In this document: piece by piece, positions 19,013-29,439 of the stretch | Numbering within the stretch: the stretch's first letter is position 1 | Layout of the letters: the number at the start of each line of letters is the position of its first letter | Made by a program: the position numbers and the translations under genes | Notes under the pieces: model-generated | Databases searched by the model: none | Seen by the model: only the letters and a program-made list of their open reading frames with translations | Told to the model about the DNA's origin: nothing | Assembly (NCBI GenBank): GCA_965372795.1 | Contig: CBDVDR010000004.1 | Location: 96,001 to 160,000 of the forward strand | Length of the DNA: 64,000 bases | Source of the DNA: an uncultured bacterium | GTDB lineage: Bacteria > Zixibacteria > MSB-5A5 > GN15 > FEB-12 | Reading direction: 5' to 3'

Positions 19013-20400
19013 CTGTCTACCACCATTGCCATAAAGTCAGCCGAAGCTACTAATTTATCTTCGACATACGCTTTGCCTGTCATCTTGCATGTATTCCTTC
19101 TAAAAGCCTGCATCTCAAGTTCGAATCTTAGTTGATCTCCCGGTTCGACCGGGCTGCGAAATTTGGCTTTATCAATTGACATAAAGTAAACAACTTTTGA
19201 TTGAGGGTCAGAAATTGCATTTAATAATAACACTCCACCTGCTTGAGCCATGGCTTCCAAAATTAGAACTCCCGGCATAATCGGATGCCCCGGAAAATGT
19301 CCCTGAAAAAATGGTTCGTTGATAGTAACATTTTTCATCGCCACAACTTTCTTTTCCGGCACTAAATCCAAAATTCTATCAATTAGCAAGAATGGGTAAC
19401 GATGCGGCATAATTTTCAGGATGGAATTTATATCAAAAAGAGCAGCACTTTTTTTAGAACTGAATTTACCGGCAATTTTTTTCTTCTTGTAAAGCTCACG
19501 CATTTTTTTTGCCAGAGCAACATTCGCCTTGTGCCCACTTCGGGCAGCAAGTACGTGTCCTTTAAATGGTACGCCAATTAATAAGAGATCACCCAATAAA
19601 TCCAATGTCTTATGTCGGACCGGTTCATTGTAAAACCTAAGCGGTATATCATTAATAATTCCCGTTTCGCCAACAAATGCTTTTCCTTTTATATTCAAGG
19701 CGTTTTTAATTCGATCAACTTCTATTTGTCCCAAATCTGAATCATAAATTACAATTGCATTATCCAGACCGCCGCCTTTGATCAGACCGGCACTTTTAAG
19801 CATCTCGACCTCAGTCAGAAAACAAAAAGTTCGGGCAGGGGCAAATTCATTTACGAATTCCTTTTCAAGGTCAACCAGGGTTGTATACTGGGTGCCTAAA
19901 GCAGGATTTTTATAATCTATCAAAAAAGTTATGCGAAGATCATCAGATGGCGTTACAACCAAATCAACATTACGATCCGATTCGCTGTATGCCATGGGTG
20001 AGTCGATCTCAAGATAATATTTATCTTCATCCTGAGTTTCAATGCCTGCTTCAAGAATAATATCAACATATGGTTTTGCTGACCCATCCCCAACCGGAGG
20101 TTCAGACTCGTCAAGTTCGACTATCATATTATCCAACTGCAAGCCGGCAAATGCCGCAAGAACATGTTCAACAGTATGGACTTTGGTCTCACCTTGCTGA
20201 AGGGTTGTCCCACGCGAAATATCAACCACATGATCAACATCAGCCTGAATCCATGGTTGGTCTTTCATGTCAGTGCGGACAAACCTGATCCCGGTATTCG
20301 GATCAGCCGGTTTAAATGTCATTTTGCAACTATTTCCGGTATGAAGTCCGACACCGGAGATAGATATTTCTTTTTTTATCGTGCGTTGTTTATCGTACAT
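19009..20400 (-). CDS. lpxC-fabZ: Bifunctional LpxC deacetylase / FabZ dehydratase
   Basis: GVGLHTG, TVEH, ARTF, HKTLDLLGD (LpxC); PHRYPFLLID, FQGHFP..PIMPGVLILEAMAQ (FabZ). Confidence 0.97.
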   Translation of the reverse strand: MYDKQRTIKKEISISGVGLHTGNSCKMTFKPADPNTGIRFVRTDMKDQPWIQADVDHVVDISRGTTLQQGETKVHTVEHVLAAFAGLQLDNMIVELDESEPPVGDGSAKPYVDIILEAGIETQDEDKYYLEIDSPMAYSESDRNVDLVVTPSDDLRITFLIDYKNPALGTQYTTLVDLEKEFVNEFAPARTFCFLTEVEMLKSAGLIKGGGLDNAIVIYDSDLGQIEVDRIKNALNIKGKAFVGETGIINDIPLRFYNEPVRHKTLDLLGDLLLIGVPFKGHVLAARSGHKANVALAKKMRELYKKKKIAGKFSSKKSAALFDINSILKIMPHRYPFLLIDRILDLVPEKKVVAMKNVTINEPFFQGHFPGHPIMPGVLILEAMAQAGGVLLLNAISDPQSKVVYFMSIDKAKFRSPVEPGDQLRFELEMQAFRRNTCKMTGKAYVEDKLVASADFMAMVVDR

Positions 20401-20513
20401 ATTATCACCTTAATTTGCCTCGAAAATACGAAGAACAACGCACTGACTCAAGTAATTATTTTGTATGTTTTAGTAAAATAGATATCAGAGCCAAAAAAAA
20501 CATCACAATTGGC

Positions 20514-20771
20514 TCAAATATCCTTTAATGATTTGACCTTGCGTAACTTACGAAACAAGGAAATGTACTCCTTGACCATGATTTCTTCTGCATCAGACAA
20601 CCCTTCCATCATCGGAATACCAATTTTTAGTACTGCGCGAACCATATCAGCAGTTGTGCGATCATATTTTGTCGCCAGATTTTTCAATCGGCCTTTTAAT
20701 TCATAGGTTATAAAAATACTTAAACAATGAGTGCCTTTTGATTTTTTAGCCTGTTTTAGTTCAGAATTCAT
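20514..20771 (-). CDS. Small ribbon-helix-helix (CopG/Arc-like) DNA-binding protein
   Basis: HCLSIFI strand followed by ELKGRLKNLA..YDRTTADMVRAVL helices; RBS-like AAGGAA upstream. Confidence 0.65.
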   Translation of the reverse strand: MNSELKQAKKSKGTHCLSIFITYELKGRLKNLATKYDRTTADMVRAVLKIGIPMMEGLSDAEEIMVKEYISLFRKLRKVKSLKDI

Positions 20772-20786
20772 TTTCTATTCCTTTTT

Positions 20787-21335
20787 TTATAAGTGAAATT
20801 TTGCGTGGTATTGTTCATGCCCGATCAAAAGTTGAGGAGATCTGATTTTGATTTCAAATTTATTCATTATCTGGTCGATCACCGGTTTCCAGATTTCCTT
20901 TTTATCCCGATTTACGATAATTTGATTTATTAGATGACAGTGTTCAGAATTACAAATTATACAATTTGTCTCAAATTCTGGTTTTAGCCCGTATTGTTCG
21001 CTTACAAATTGAGTCAGTTCCTTTTTTAATTTTTTAAAAGCTCTGGTTTTGATTGCTTCAAGCATGGAAATCGTCTTTCCGGATTTTTCAGAAATTTCAC
21101 GGTATGTTCTGCCCATGTAATATAATCTTATAATTAGTTCCTTTTCATCCACAGTTAATGCTTTTAAGGCGTTTTGCACGGCATGTCTAACTTTTTGAGC
21201 TTCAGTCTGATTCTTAGTTATTAAATCCGAATCTTGATTTGGATAGTTTTTTGATAGTTTATCAATTGATATCAATTCCGGGGTGCAGCCAATTTCAACC
21301 AGCCAATTACTATAGACAGTTCTTTTTTTTCCCAT
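20787..21335 (-). CDS. Sigma70 region-4 HTH protein with C-terminal putative Zn finger
   Basis: ALKALTVDEKELI.RLYY.GRTYREIS..SG.TI..LE..KTRAFKKLK (sigma4); CIIC...HEQYH; AGGAG RBS before ATG 21335. Confidence 0.7.
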   Translation of the reverse strand: MGKKRTVYSNWLVEIGCTPELISIDKLSKNYPNQDSDLITKNQTEAQKVRHAVQNALKALTVDEKELIIRLYYMGRTYREISEKSGKTISMLEAIKTRAFKKLKKELTQFVSEQYGLKPEFETNCIICNSEHCHLINQIIVNRDKKEIWKPVIDQIMNKFEIKIRSPQLLIGHEQYHAKFHL

Positions 21336-21586
21336 TTTTCTCCTTTTTATCAAGAAAAACAGGAAAAAACAGAGATATGTCTACACCATCCGTATCACTT
21401 CAAAATTGAGAAAATTGATGAGGTTATATCACATGAATCACTTTTTTTTGAAATTAGAATTCAAATAATTTCAGAATTGACCGATTTATTTAAGATAAAG
21501 GATTTAATCAGGAATCTTTCATTTTAGCTTGAATCCCGATTTTTCCTATTTATGTTGTTTATAAAATTGTTATACAGGGATTAATT

Positions 21587-22351
21587 TTGACCGAATTGGA
21601 ACGTACAGAAGTATTCAGACCTGATTTTGATCCATCAGGTTCTTTTAATCAATTTAAAGAATGGTCTAACAATCTTAATTTCAGAACTTCGAAACTTACC
21701 TATGTTTCACTATTCTTTCTGATTATTGCCTATCCAATGATGTCCATAGGATTTGTTGATGACCCGACTCAAATGCTCAAGTCATTGAATCCGGGCACAC
21801 TTATGTTCCTGCTTATTTCGACAATTATAATGCAATGGACTATTTTTTTACTTCTATATGTTTCGGTTTTCCGGGAAAATACAGGACTTGCCGGAATAGG
21901 TTTGAAAAAAATCCGAGGTGTGGATTTTTTATATGCAATTGCATTTTTACTCTCGGCAAATCTTATCTTAACCGGACTGGCTTGGTTTTTAGCTAAAATC
22001 GGGCTTCCAATGCCAGGTGAAATAGGCTTGCTTATTCCAGAAGATCCATTTGGACGGGGAGTCTGGGTGGCAGTCTCATTTACAGCCGGTTTTTGTGAAG
22101 AGACAGCCTTTCGCGGTTACCTGATGACACGGTTGCGGATTATAGGAAAATTCCCTTCCTGGATAATTCCTACAATTATCTCAGCTGTTGTTTTCGGTGC
22201 CTGTCATGCTTATCAAGGCTGGCCCGGATTTATTGTAATTTCTACCTATGGTCTTATGTTCTCGCTATTATATCTCCGCACAAAAACATTATGGCCCCTG
22301 ATAATTGCTCATTTTTTCCAGGATTTTGGAGCCTTGTTCTTCCCTCATTAA
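21587..22351 (+). CDS. CPBP family intramembrane metalloprotease
   Basis: TAGFCEETAFRGY, FGACHAYQG, AHFFQD. Confidence 0.88.
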   Translation: MTELERTEVFRPDFDPSGSFNQFKEWSNNLNFRTSKLTYVSLFFLIIAYPMMSIGFVDDPTQMLKSLNPGTLMFLLISTIIMQWTIFLLLYVSVFRENTGLAGIGLKKIRGVDFLYAIAFLLSANLILTGLAWFLAKIGLPMPGEIGLLIPEDPFGRGVWVAVSFTAGFCEETAFRGYLMTRLRIIGKFPSWIIPTIISAVVFGACHAYQGWPGFIVISTYGLMFSLLYLRTKTLWPLIIAHFFQDFGALFFPH

Positions 22352-22396
22352 AATTAACTCTTTGGATGTATCAGTTTTTTATATATCTTAAATTCT

Positions 22397-23434
22397 ATGA
22401 ACAGAAGTAATGCATCTTGGGGAATTTTATTATTATTCAGTACAATTTTTATACTTCTGAATTTTACAGCAACGGCCTCTGATAAATTCACTATTTCCAT
22501 CAGCCCAATTATGGAACAGAGTTATGGATCGACCGATTATGAACTTGATCTTCAATTCTTCGACTATGATTCTGACAGTATTATCGTTCTAAGAAGAATT
22601 ATTTCTCTTCTTGAATTTCCATTAGATATAACTCAGGGCGGTTTTAATCTTAGTATAAACTCAGCCATCACTCAGGATAAATTCTGGTTTGCAGAATTAC
22701 AATTTTTATCAGGCTTAACAAATCCAACAAAATTGATGAAAGACCATGACTGGGACAAAGCAGTGGGACGATTTGATACTAAATTCAGTTATACAGAATC
22801 AAAGCCAAAGAATTCTTCGATTACTATTATTCTCGAAGCTGGTAAAGAAATTTTTAGTATTGGAAAGATAAGAAACGGAATCCTGCTTGGTCTAAGATAT
22901 CAAAAAATAAATCAGGATATTGACAACTTTGATGGTTGGCAAAAACGATTTGATCCAATCGCTTATAATTGGGTGGATTCAAGTGATTTTGAGAATGATA
23001 CTCTAGCTCTTGCTCTTACCTATGAAGTTTCTTATTTGAGACCAGAATTTGGGATAATCAGCTTAGTCGATTTATCAAATTCTATTAGATTATCCCTAAA
23101 ATCAGCTTATACCCCTGTTTTTGCTAAAGATGAAGATGACCATATCCTCCGCAAGAAACTATCTATCTCTAAAGGTAATGGTAACGGCTTTATCTCAAAC
23201 TTTAAAATTGAATTTCTTCCTAAAACTTCACCCAAAAAGACTGTACCATTTATTAGTTTTTATAGTGAATATTCTTATCTCAATGTTAAAACTAATCAAA
23301 CCCAAACATGGTATGGAGATGACCCTGCTTCCCCAGGAATTGATGATACTGGCACAGAAATAAGTGGCGTACCCCATGAAATCGAATCAACCCAGATAAA
23401 AATTGGGCTCCAGCTTGGCTTTAGATTTCAATAG
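22397..23434 (+). CDS. Omptin family outer-membrane protease
   Basis: Signal peptide; alternating beta strands; MKDHDW (D-x-D) and DEDDHILR (D-x-H-type) catalytic motifs; C-terminal aromatic strand. Confidence 0.75.
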   Translation: MNRSNASWGILLLFSTIFILLNFTATASDKFTISISPIMEQSYGSTDYELDLQFFDYDSDSIIVLRRIISLLEFPLDITQGGFNLSINSAITQDKFWFAELQFLSGLTNPTKLMKDHDWDKAVGRFDTKFSYTESKPKNSSITIILEAGKEIFSIGKIRNGILLGLRYQKINQDIDNFDGWQKRFDPIAYNWVDSSDFENDTLALALTYEVSYLRPEFGIISLVDLSNSIRLSLKSAYTPVFAKDEDDHILRKKLSISKGNGNGFISNFKIEFLPKTSPKKTVPFISFYSEYSYLNVKTNQTQTWYGDDPASPGIDDTGTEISGVPHEIESTQIKIGLQLGFRFQ

Positions 23435-23741
23435 CCTGTATAACAATCACTTACGAGCAGTTTAAGGTTTTCGTCTCTATTTGTTTTGCTGATTATTTCA
23501 TTTATATTAGACCAGTGAAATTGGCTTAAATTATTACGTTATAATGAATAAGAAGTAACAATGGGAACCAAATCCCGTATAGAAAACAGTGCCCGGAGGG
23601 CTTAAAAGAATTAGTTGAACAATTGACAAAGGATGTTTAAATTGTCGCATAATGTTTATGATGGTCAAATTGATTTAGAAAGTAAATTGTTTTGTGAAGA
23701 TCCCTGGGACAGTCGGGACAACTAAACATCATGGTGCTAAA

Positions 23742-25844
23742 ATGAAACGTCTTTTTGTATATTTAATTTTACCATTGATTATGAGTCATAATGTTTTATT
23801 GGCTCAGTCAACCATCCCTCCTGATGAGGATGTTGATTCTGATCGTGAAGCTATAACCATTGTGCTCGATCCAAAACTATTGGAATTAGCTGAAAATTAT
23901 GTTTATATGTTGGATCAACTTGAAGCAATCACTTCTGATTATTCAAAATACTTCTCAAAATATTCAACTCTGAAAAACGCTGAATATATTACCATTCTTG
24001 AGAAAATCACTAAATCAATTGGAAAAGGGATTTATTATAAAGATCTAAAACAATTAAAGATCGATATTCAAAAACTTAAAAAATCATTTAATCACAACGA
24101 TCAAAAGAAATCTCGTAATGACAAAGATTATAAATCATATAGACTTGCTGAAGAATTAAGTGAAGACATTCTTACTTTTGAAGAGTTCTATTATGAAGAT
24201 ATGGAATCCGAATTTGAAGAATATGACAATCTTGAAAATCTTCAACTATATCTGCTCAGCAAAAAACTAAACCGCCAAAATAGATATGAATCAAACGATA
24301 AAGTAAATCTCATAAATGAAATACTCGACAAAGAACGCGAATTAGCCGCTCTTAAAACTAAACTTTATAAAACTGAAAAATATTTAAATGCTTCAGAAGA
24401 TTCAATAAATAACAATGATCAGTCTCATCCAACTGAGATTCACATTGCTCCAACATTCAGATTTATGGACGAAACCGAACCATTTGTAGTTGTTGAAACA
24501 GTTCATATTGAAATGCCCGAAATTTTGATTTCACTCGAGGATTTCCCCGATCTTGCTGATTTACAAGACCTCGCTGATGTCCCTGATGTAAATATCATCT
24601 TCCATAGTGATGAAGAAGGTATAATCACTACCTCTATTGATGTCGGCACAGATTATTCTGCTATACGTATTAAAGAACGAAAAGCTATTTACAAAAGGGA
24701 CAAGGGTAACTATGTCCACCTGAGAGCCCTTATTGACAGCAGTAAATCAATTTCTTCAAATACTCCAATCCATATCAACAATCCTACCGGTGATGTTTAT
24801 ATAGAAGGTTGGAATGAAGATTATGTTCTTGCAAATGCTGACATTACAGTTTCGGCAGCCTCCTCAAAAAAAGCTGAAAAATTTATTGATCATATCGATT
24901 TGGAAATTTACAACAAGTTTGGGAAATTATATGTTAACACCGAGATCCCGGAACTAACTGATCCCGGAACTAAAATTGTTAGCTATTCGATAATCATTCA
25001 AGTCCCCGAATCCAATCCTGTTATCTGTCGAAATACTTACGGAACGGTCAAAGTTCTTGGCACCGAAAATGATGTGACCCTAAAAACTGAGTATTCAGAC
25101 ATTACCGTATCAGACATAAGCGGAAATTTGTATTTAGTTAATAATGACGGTAGTTGTACGATTAGAAATATTGAAGGTGAGATAAATCTCAAAAATTCTA
25201 ATGGAAGAGTTGCTCTTTTCACGTGCGAAGGATTTTATAAGATCGAGACTAAATTCCAAACTGTTGAATTGGATGGATGTGAAGGAGACGGAACCATCAC
25301 AAGCTATAGTGGAAATGTAAATATTTCAAATCATTATGGGGATCTTAAAATTAAAAATACCAAGGGACCTTTAAAAGTAACTAATTACGAAGGTGAAATC
25401 GAGGTTGCAAGTACTTATGGTTCCGTTACCCTTGCAAATATTTCAGGCAAGGTTACAGTTGCTAATTCATTTGCCAATATTATTGGAGATAATATTGATG
25501 GTGACATTAATCTATCCAATTTATATTCTACAATCTCTTTAAGAAATTTTTATGGTCCTACAAGGATAACCAATAACCAAGGTTCAACAATTTTATTCCT
25601 TGACGATGACCTTAACGGCGATGCTTCTATCAACTCTACTTCAGGTAGCATTATTTTAAAATTAGGCTTTGAACCTGACATGATCTTATCGGCAACTACC
25701 ATAAATGGAGAAATTATTACTCCATTACCATTCAAGATTAAAACAAAAGGTGAACTCAAGACATTGAATCATACTTTTGGAGCGGGTGATTATCGGCTGG
25801 ACATCACAGGCGACAAATCATCTATTGTGATTTCAGAAGAATAA
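23742..25844 (+). CDS. Secreted DUF4097 (adhesin-like beta-repeat) protein with N-terminal helical region
   Basis: Signal peptide from ATG 23742; repeated G.I.I.N..G.I.I....G units in the C-terminal half. Confidence 0.7.
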   Translation: MKRLFVYLILPLIMSHNVLLAQSTIPPDEDVDSDREAITIVLDPKLLELAENYVYMLDQLEAITSDYSKYFSKYSTLKNAEYITILEKITKSIGKGIYYKDLKQLKIDIQKLKKSFNHNDQKKSRNDKDYKSYRLAEELSEDILTFEEFYYEDMESEFEEYDNLENLQLYLLSKKLNRQNRYESNDKVNLINEILDKERELAALKTKLYKTEKYLNASEDSINNNDQSHPTEIHIAPTFRFMDETEPFVVVETVHIEMPEILISLEDFPDLADLQDLADVPDVNIIFHSDEEGIITTSIDVGTDYSAIRIKERKAIYKRDKGNYVHLRALIDSSKSISSNTPIHINNPTGDVYIEGWNEDYVLANADITVSAASSKKAEKFIDHIDLEIYNKFGKLYVNTEIPELTDPGTKIVSYSIIIQVPESNPVICRNTYGTVKVLGTENDVTLKTEYSDITVSDISGNLYLVNNDGSCTIRNIEGEINLKNSNGRVALFTCEGFYKIETKFQTVELDGCEGDGTITSYSGNVNISNHYGDLKIKNTKGPLKVTNYEGEIEVASTYGSVTLANISGKVTVANSFANIIGDNIDGDINLSNLYSTISLRNFYGPTRITNNQGSTILFLDDDLNGDASINSTSGSIILKLGFEPDMILSATTINGEIITPLPFKIKTKGELKTLNHTFGAGDYRLDITGDKSSIVISEE

Positions 25845-25898
25845 AAAAAGCCGGCTTTCGAAATAAAAACCGACCTCACATTAAATTATCAATCATAT

Positions 25899-27215
25899 TT
25901 ATTGTGTCACAACTACTTTAGAATCGACGATTTCGATCTCTTTGAGTTGTTTCTTAATTTTATTTTCTATATCGATTATATAAGTATCATCATGATAAAT
26001 AATCGTCTCAAAGGTTGAAAGTTTTTTCAATTCAGACATAACCGTTGTGATAGTATCTACTCCGTTTGCAATAACTCTCATGGCATTCACAACAGTATTA
26101 GAAGAATCATTTACTTCGCCTCTTTCTACGGACAACTCCACCAATTGCGCCCGACCAAGTATTGTAGCAACAGCATTATTTACATAATGATTTAAAGTTG
26201 CTGTAATAGTTCTTAAAGCCTCTAACGCAGCTTTTTGAAGTTTTTCCTGAGCAATTTGTTCATTTAGACTTTTATTCTCAGCTAACAGAGTTTCAACATT
26301 TGCATACTGTTCATATAACATCCGATTGGCTTCAACCATCAACTCCTCGGAGGAACCTATTTCAATATCAAGGAAACTTGCTTCTTTTGCAGTTTTATCA
26401 AAAAGTTCCTTTTGGATTTTAGTAAGCTGATCAACTTCGAGACTTAGGTTTTGGCAAAGTATATTTTTACATTCTAATTCATGCGGTTTTACATGGTTAT
26501 TTTTTGTTAAAGAAAATTTCGAGATTCGACAGGCAAGTGATATAATTTGCGGAAGTTTAAATTCCTCATCATTATTACCCGGAGAAAATTCGTTTTGATA
26601 AAGACCGATTGCTTCACAAATCTTTTCTGGCAGATTCCACTGCTCCATCAAGAAACGACCAACCCGAGCATGGTTTGTACCCCAGGTTCTGTCTTCTAAC
26701 TCAAAAATATCATCACCCGATTCAGCCTGCTGCCATATTCGACTGAATTTATCTGGGAATGATTTTTCCATAATCAATAATCCGATATCATGAATCAACC
26801 CGGAGATAAATGCTTCTTCAGGGCTTTTATAATTTATTGCTTCAGCAATATCACGAGCTGCTATTGCGACTTCTAATGAGTGCCGCCAAAACCGCACTCT
26901 ATCAATTGAAGTTTCCCAGTCACCCGTTATATGATAGATAGAAGTCGACAAAGTTAAAGCTGAGACCGCTCTCATCCCCAAGGTCATAACAGCCTGAGAA
27001 ATAGTGGTAACTTCTCGACTAACGCTATAGAACGGAGAATTAACAACTCTTAAAACTTTAGTAACCAGAGCAGGGTCATGCTTTAAAACTTCAGCAAGTT
27101 CACCCATTGATGAATTTTCATCCCGAACTACTCTTATTACTTCAGAAAGAGTTTGTGGCAATGATGAAAGCTCTTTGTGCTCATCAAGTATTTTTTCGAA
27201 AAAGTCCTTATTCAT
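25899..27215 (-). CDS. HDOD domain protein with C-terminal coiled coil and HisKA-like helix pair
   Basis: LSSLP, DPALVTKVLRVVNSPFY, FWRHS, GLIHDIG, HARVG..L...WNLP; ATLNHYVNN H-box-like motif. Confidence 0.85.
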   Translation of the reverse strand: MNKDFFEKILDEHKELSSLPQTLSEVIRVVRDENSSMGELAEVLKHDPALVTKVLRVVNSPFYSVSREVTTISQAVMTLGMRAVSALTLSTSIYHITGDWETSIDRVRFWRHSLEVAIAARDIAEAINYKSPEEAFISGLIHDIGLLIMEKSFPDKFSRIWQQAESGDDIFELEDRTWGTNHARVGRFLMEQWNLPEKICEAIGLYQNEFSPGNNDEEFKLPQIISLACRISKFSLTKNNHVKPHELECKNILCQNLSLEVDQLTKIQKELFDKTAKEASFLDIEIGSSEELMVEANRMLYEQYANVETLLAENKSLNEQIAQEKLQKAALEALRTITATLNHYVNNAVATILGRAQLVELSVERGEVNDSSNTVVNAMRVIANGVDTITTVMSELKKLSTFETIIYHDDTYIIDIENKIKKQLKEIEIVDSKVVVTQ

Positions 27216-27299
27216 ATTCGATAAATCCCTTATTTAATGCTTTTATCGGTAAATACGATGAGATTTGAAGCTGTTTTTTTAAGAAAGTTGAATTAAGTG

Positions 27300-28511
27300 T
27301 TAAGCCTTTTTTTTCAGGCGGTCATAACGTTTCTTTAGATCGGATGTATGTGTTTTTGTACTCGGACAGATATTTTTAGCTTGAGTAACATATATAAGAG
27401 CATTCTGAATATCTTTGAGCTTATGTTCATAATATTTGGATAGTTCAATACAAGAGAGGAACCCTTCCCGATTGTTTTTCCCAGCAAGGACCGTCCAAAT
27501 TTCGACTGCTTTTTGAAGATTGCCGGTTTTTTTGAAGGAAAGAGAATGGAAATAATTAATATCATCAGAAAGCCCAGAATAATCGACTTCATTCATCTTT
27601 TTATAAATATCAAGGCTCTTTATAATCTGTTTTTTTCGACCGTAAATTTTTGATAAAGAATGCAGATCATCAACCGAATCAAGAGTTGCCCCTTCATTTT
27701 GAAATATTTCAGCGATATGAACCATAAGATAATATAAGGATAATATATCCAGTCGATTATGAAGCAGAACATTTTTCAGAGGATTTGAATTTTGTTCAGA
27801 CAACCACTCAAAATAGACTGAAGGGATCAAATATCCGGGAATATCATCTTTACGGTAGAAATGGAATAATTCTCTTTCCAGATTAGTCAAAGTACAATCC
27901 TGCAATCTTCTTTTAAATAATCGTCTTGAAGGATGAAGCAGATCAATATGTTTATCAAAGGGAACTTCTTTGGCTACCCGATTGATAATCATTCGAGTTC
28001 GCACCAATGGAATATCAAAAGCGGCACCATTGAAACTTACAATATTTTTATCATCACCAAATTCCTCGAACATCATCTCAAGCATCGCTGTTTCATCAGA
28101 GTAATCAGGGATCAAATACTGGCGTACTTCAAATCCATCATTGACAACTGATCCACAGCCAATTAAAAATGCTACCGCACCCGAACCGCCCAAACCGGTT
28201 GTTTCAGTATCAAAAAAAACTAATGACTCTACCGGAACTATATCTGAAGTCTCTTTTGTCAGAAAAGGTGCCATCGGAAATTCTTTAATAGAATGATTAA
28301 AACTATGTGACCCGTGGATATAATCAATCGGGTATTTCTCTTTTACGATGCAAACTGCCCCATAAGTATTAGTTGTAATTTTCCCGTCAAGAAAATCGGC
28401 TAATGATTGATAACGATTTGGAATATTTATTGTTGGTTTATTTTGTTTTTGATGAGAACCGACATGAGCTTGTAAAAGTTTTAGTTTGTCTTTTAGGTTT
28501 TTATCGGACAT
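27300..28511 (-). CDS. YprB/MrfB-like RNase H-fold (DEDD) exonuclease with C-terminal TPR-like repeats
   Basis: FFDTETTGL, FNG..FD.P, HIDLLH..RR, DDIPG, HNRLD; IELSKYYEH. Confidence 0.85.
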   Translation of the reverse strand: MSDKNLKDKLKLLQAHVGSHQKQNKPTINIPNRYQSLADFLDGKITTNTYGAVCIVKEKYPIDYIHGSHSFNHSIKEFPMAPFLTKETSDIVPVESLVFFDTETTGLGGSGAVAFLIGCGSVVNDGFEVRQYLIPDYSDETAMLEMMFEEFGDDKNIVSFNGAAFDIPLVRTRMIINRVAKEVPFDKHIDLLHPSRRLFKRRLQDCTLTNLERELFHFYRKDDIPGYLIPSVYFEWLSEQNSNPLKNVLLHNRLDILSLYYLMVHIAEIFQNEGATLDSVDDLHSLSKIYGRKKQIIKSLDIYKKMNEVDYSGLSDDINYFHSLSFKKTGNLQKAVEIWTVLAGKNNREGFLSCIELSKYYEHKLKDIQNALIYVTQAKNICPSTKTHTSDLKKRYDRLKKKA

Positions 28512-29439
28512 GGATGATATCGTCTAAGGCAGATTGCATTTTCATCAAAACAAATCGATCTGTCTCATTATTTAAAATTTCCTGGCGATACCCGCATCTG
28601 TCCTCCGGGTCGCTCTGAATTAAAGCTATTGCAGCATGAGCCCGTCTTAAGGGGTCGGCTACTTTACTTTGATCAAAAAGAAGCTCTTTGGATATATCAG
28701 TATTTATTAATTCCAAAAGATGACAAGCATTATTTCCTAAAAGGTTATTTGATGAGTTAATCGAGTCAGTAATTATTGACAATACTTCGGTTGTATCCAT
28801 TGCGGCAAGAACAGTTACAGCTGATTTTCTGGCGCCATAAAACTCATCCCCCAGAGCATGAATCAATTGTTCTTTTCCATTTTGAATATTAATTTTCCCA
28901 GCCGCCACAACTGCCGCTTTGCGAACCTGTCCTATAGGATCAGATAAAGAATTTATAATAACAGCTTCCGCTTTTATATCCTTAATTTTCCCCAGTGCAT
29001 CAATCGCTTTTTCACGTACCCACCAGCTATTGTGAACGGCAATCGACATAAGTGGAGAGACTGCAGAACTATCTTTGATATCACCTAATGCCCAGCAAAC
29101 TCTGGCAACAACAAGATCATCGGGTCGGTTTAAAGCAACTATTAAATCAGGAACTGCATCGGAACCGATCTTTTTTAATATCTTAATAATCGTCAATCTT
29201 TCACGGGCTGATTTAGTATCAAACTTATTTATTAAAGCGGGTACCGCCTGCACCCCTAGTGCGGCGATTGAGTCAATCCCCGGTTCAACTAAATCTCTAT
29301 ATCTAACCTCACCTGATGAAGCATATACGAACAGTGAATCGATTTTCTTTTGAAGGGCTGTTTCAGCCGTAACTATTCCGGTAGCCATAAAGCTAATTAA
29401 GAAAATTATATTAAGTTTTAATATCACATATTTTAACAT
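28501..29439 (-). CDS. Secreted HEAT-repeat protein
   Basis: Signal peptide; repeated VR..A..ALG.I....A...L...L.D units. Confidence 0.8.
   Translation of the reverse strand: MLKYVILKLNIIFLISFMATGIVTAETALQKKIDSLFVYASSGEVRYRDLVEPGIDSIAALGVQAVPALINKFDTKSARERLTIIKILKKIGSDAVPDLIVALNRPDDLVVARVCWALGDIKDSSAVSPLMSIAVHNSWWVREKAIDALGKIKDIKAEAVIINSLSDPIGQVRKAAVVAAGKINIQNGKEQLIHALGDEFYGARKSAVTVLAAMDTTEVLSIITDSINSSNNLLGNNACHLLELINTDISKELLFDQSKVADPLRRAHAAIALIQSDPEDRCGYRQEILNNETDRFVLMKMQSALDDIIHVR

Noticed and set aside
19009..20400. LpxC-FabZ fusion as a novelty
   Set aside because: Well known in Bacteroidota and related FCB lineages; useful only as a taxonomic hint.
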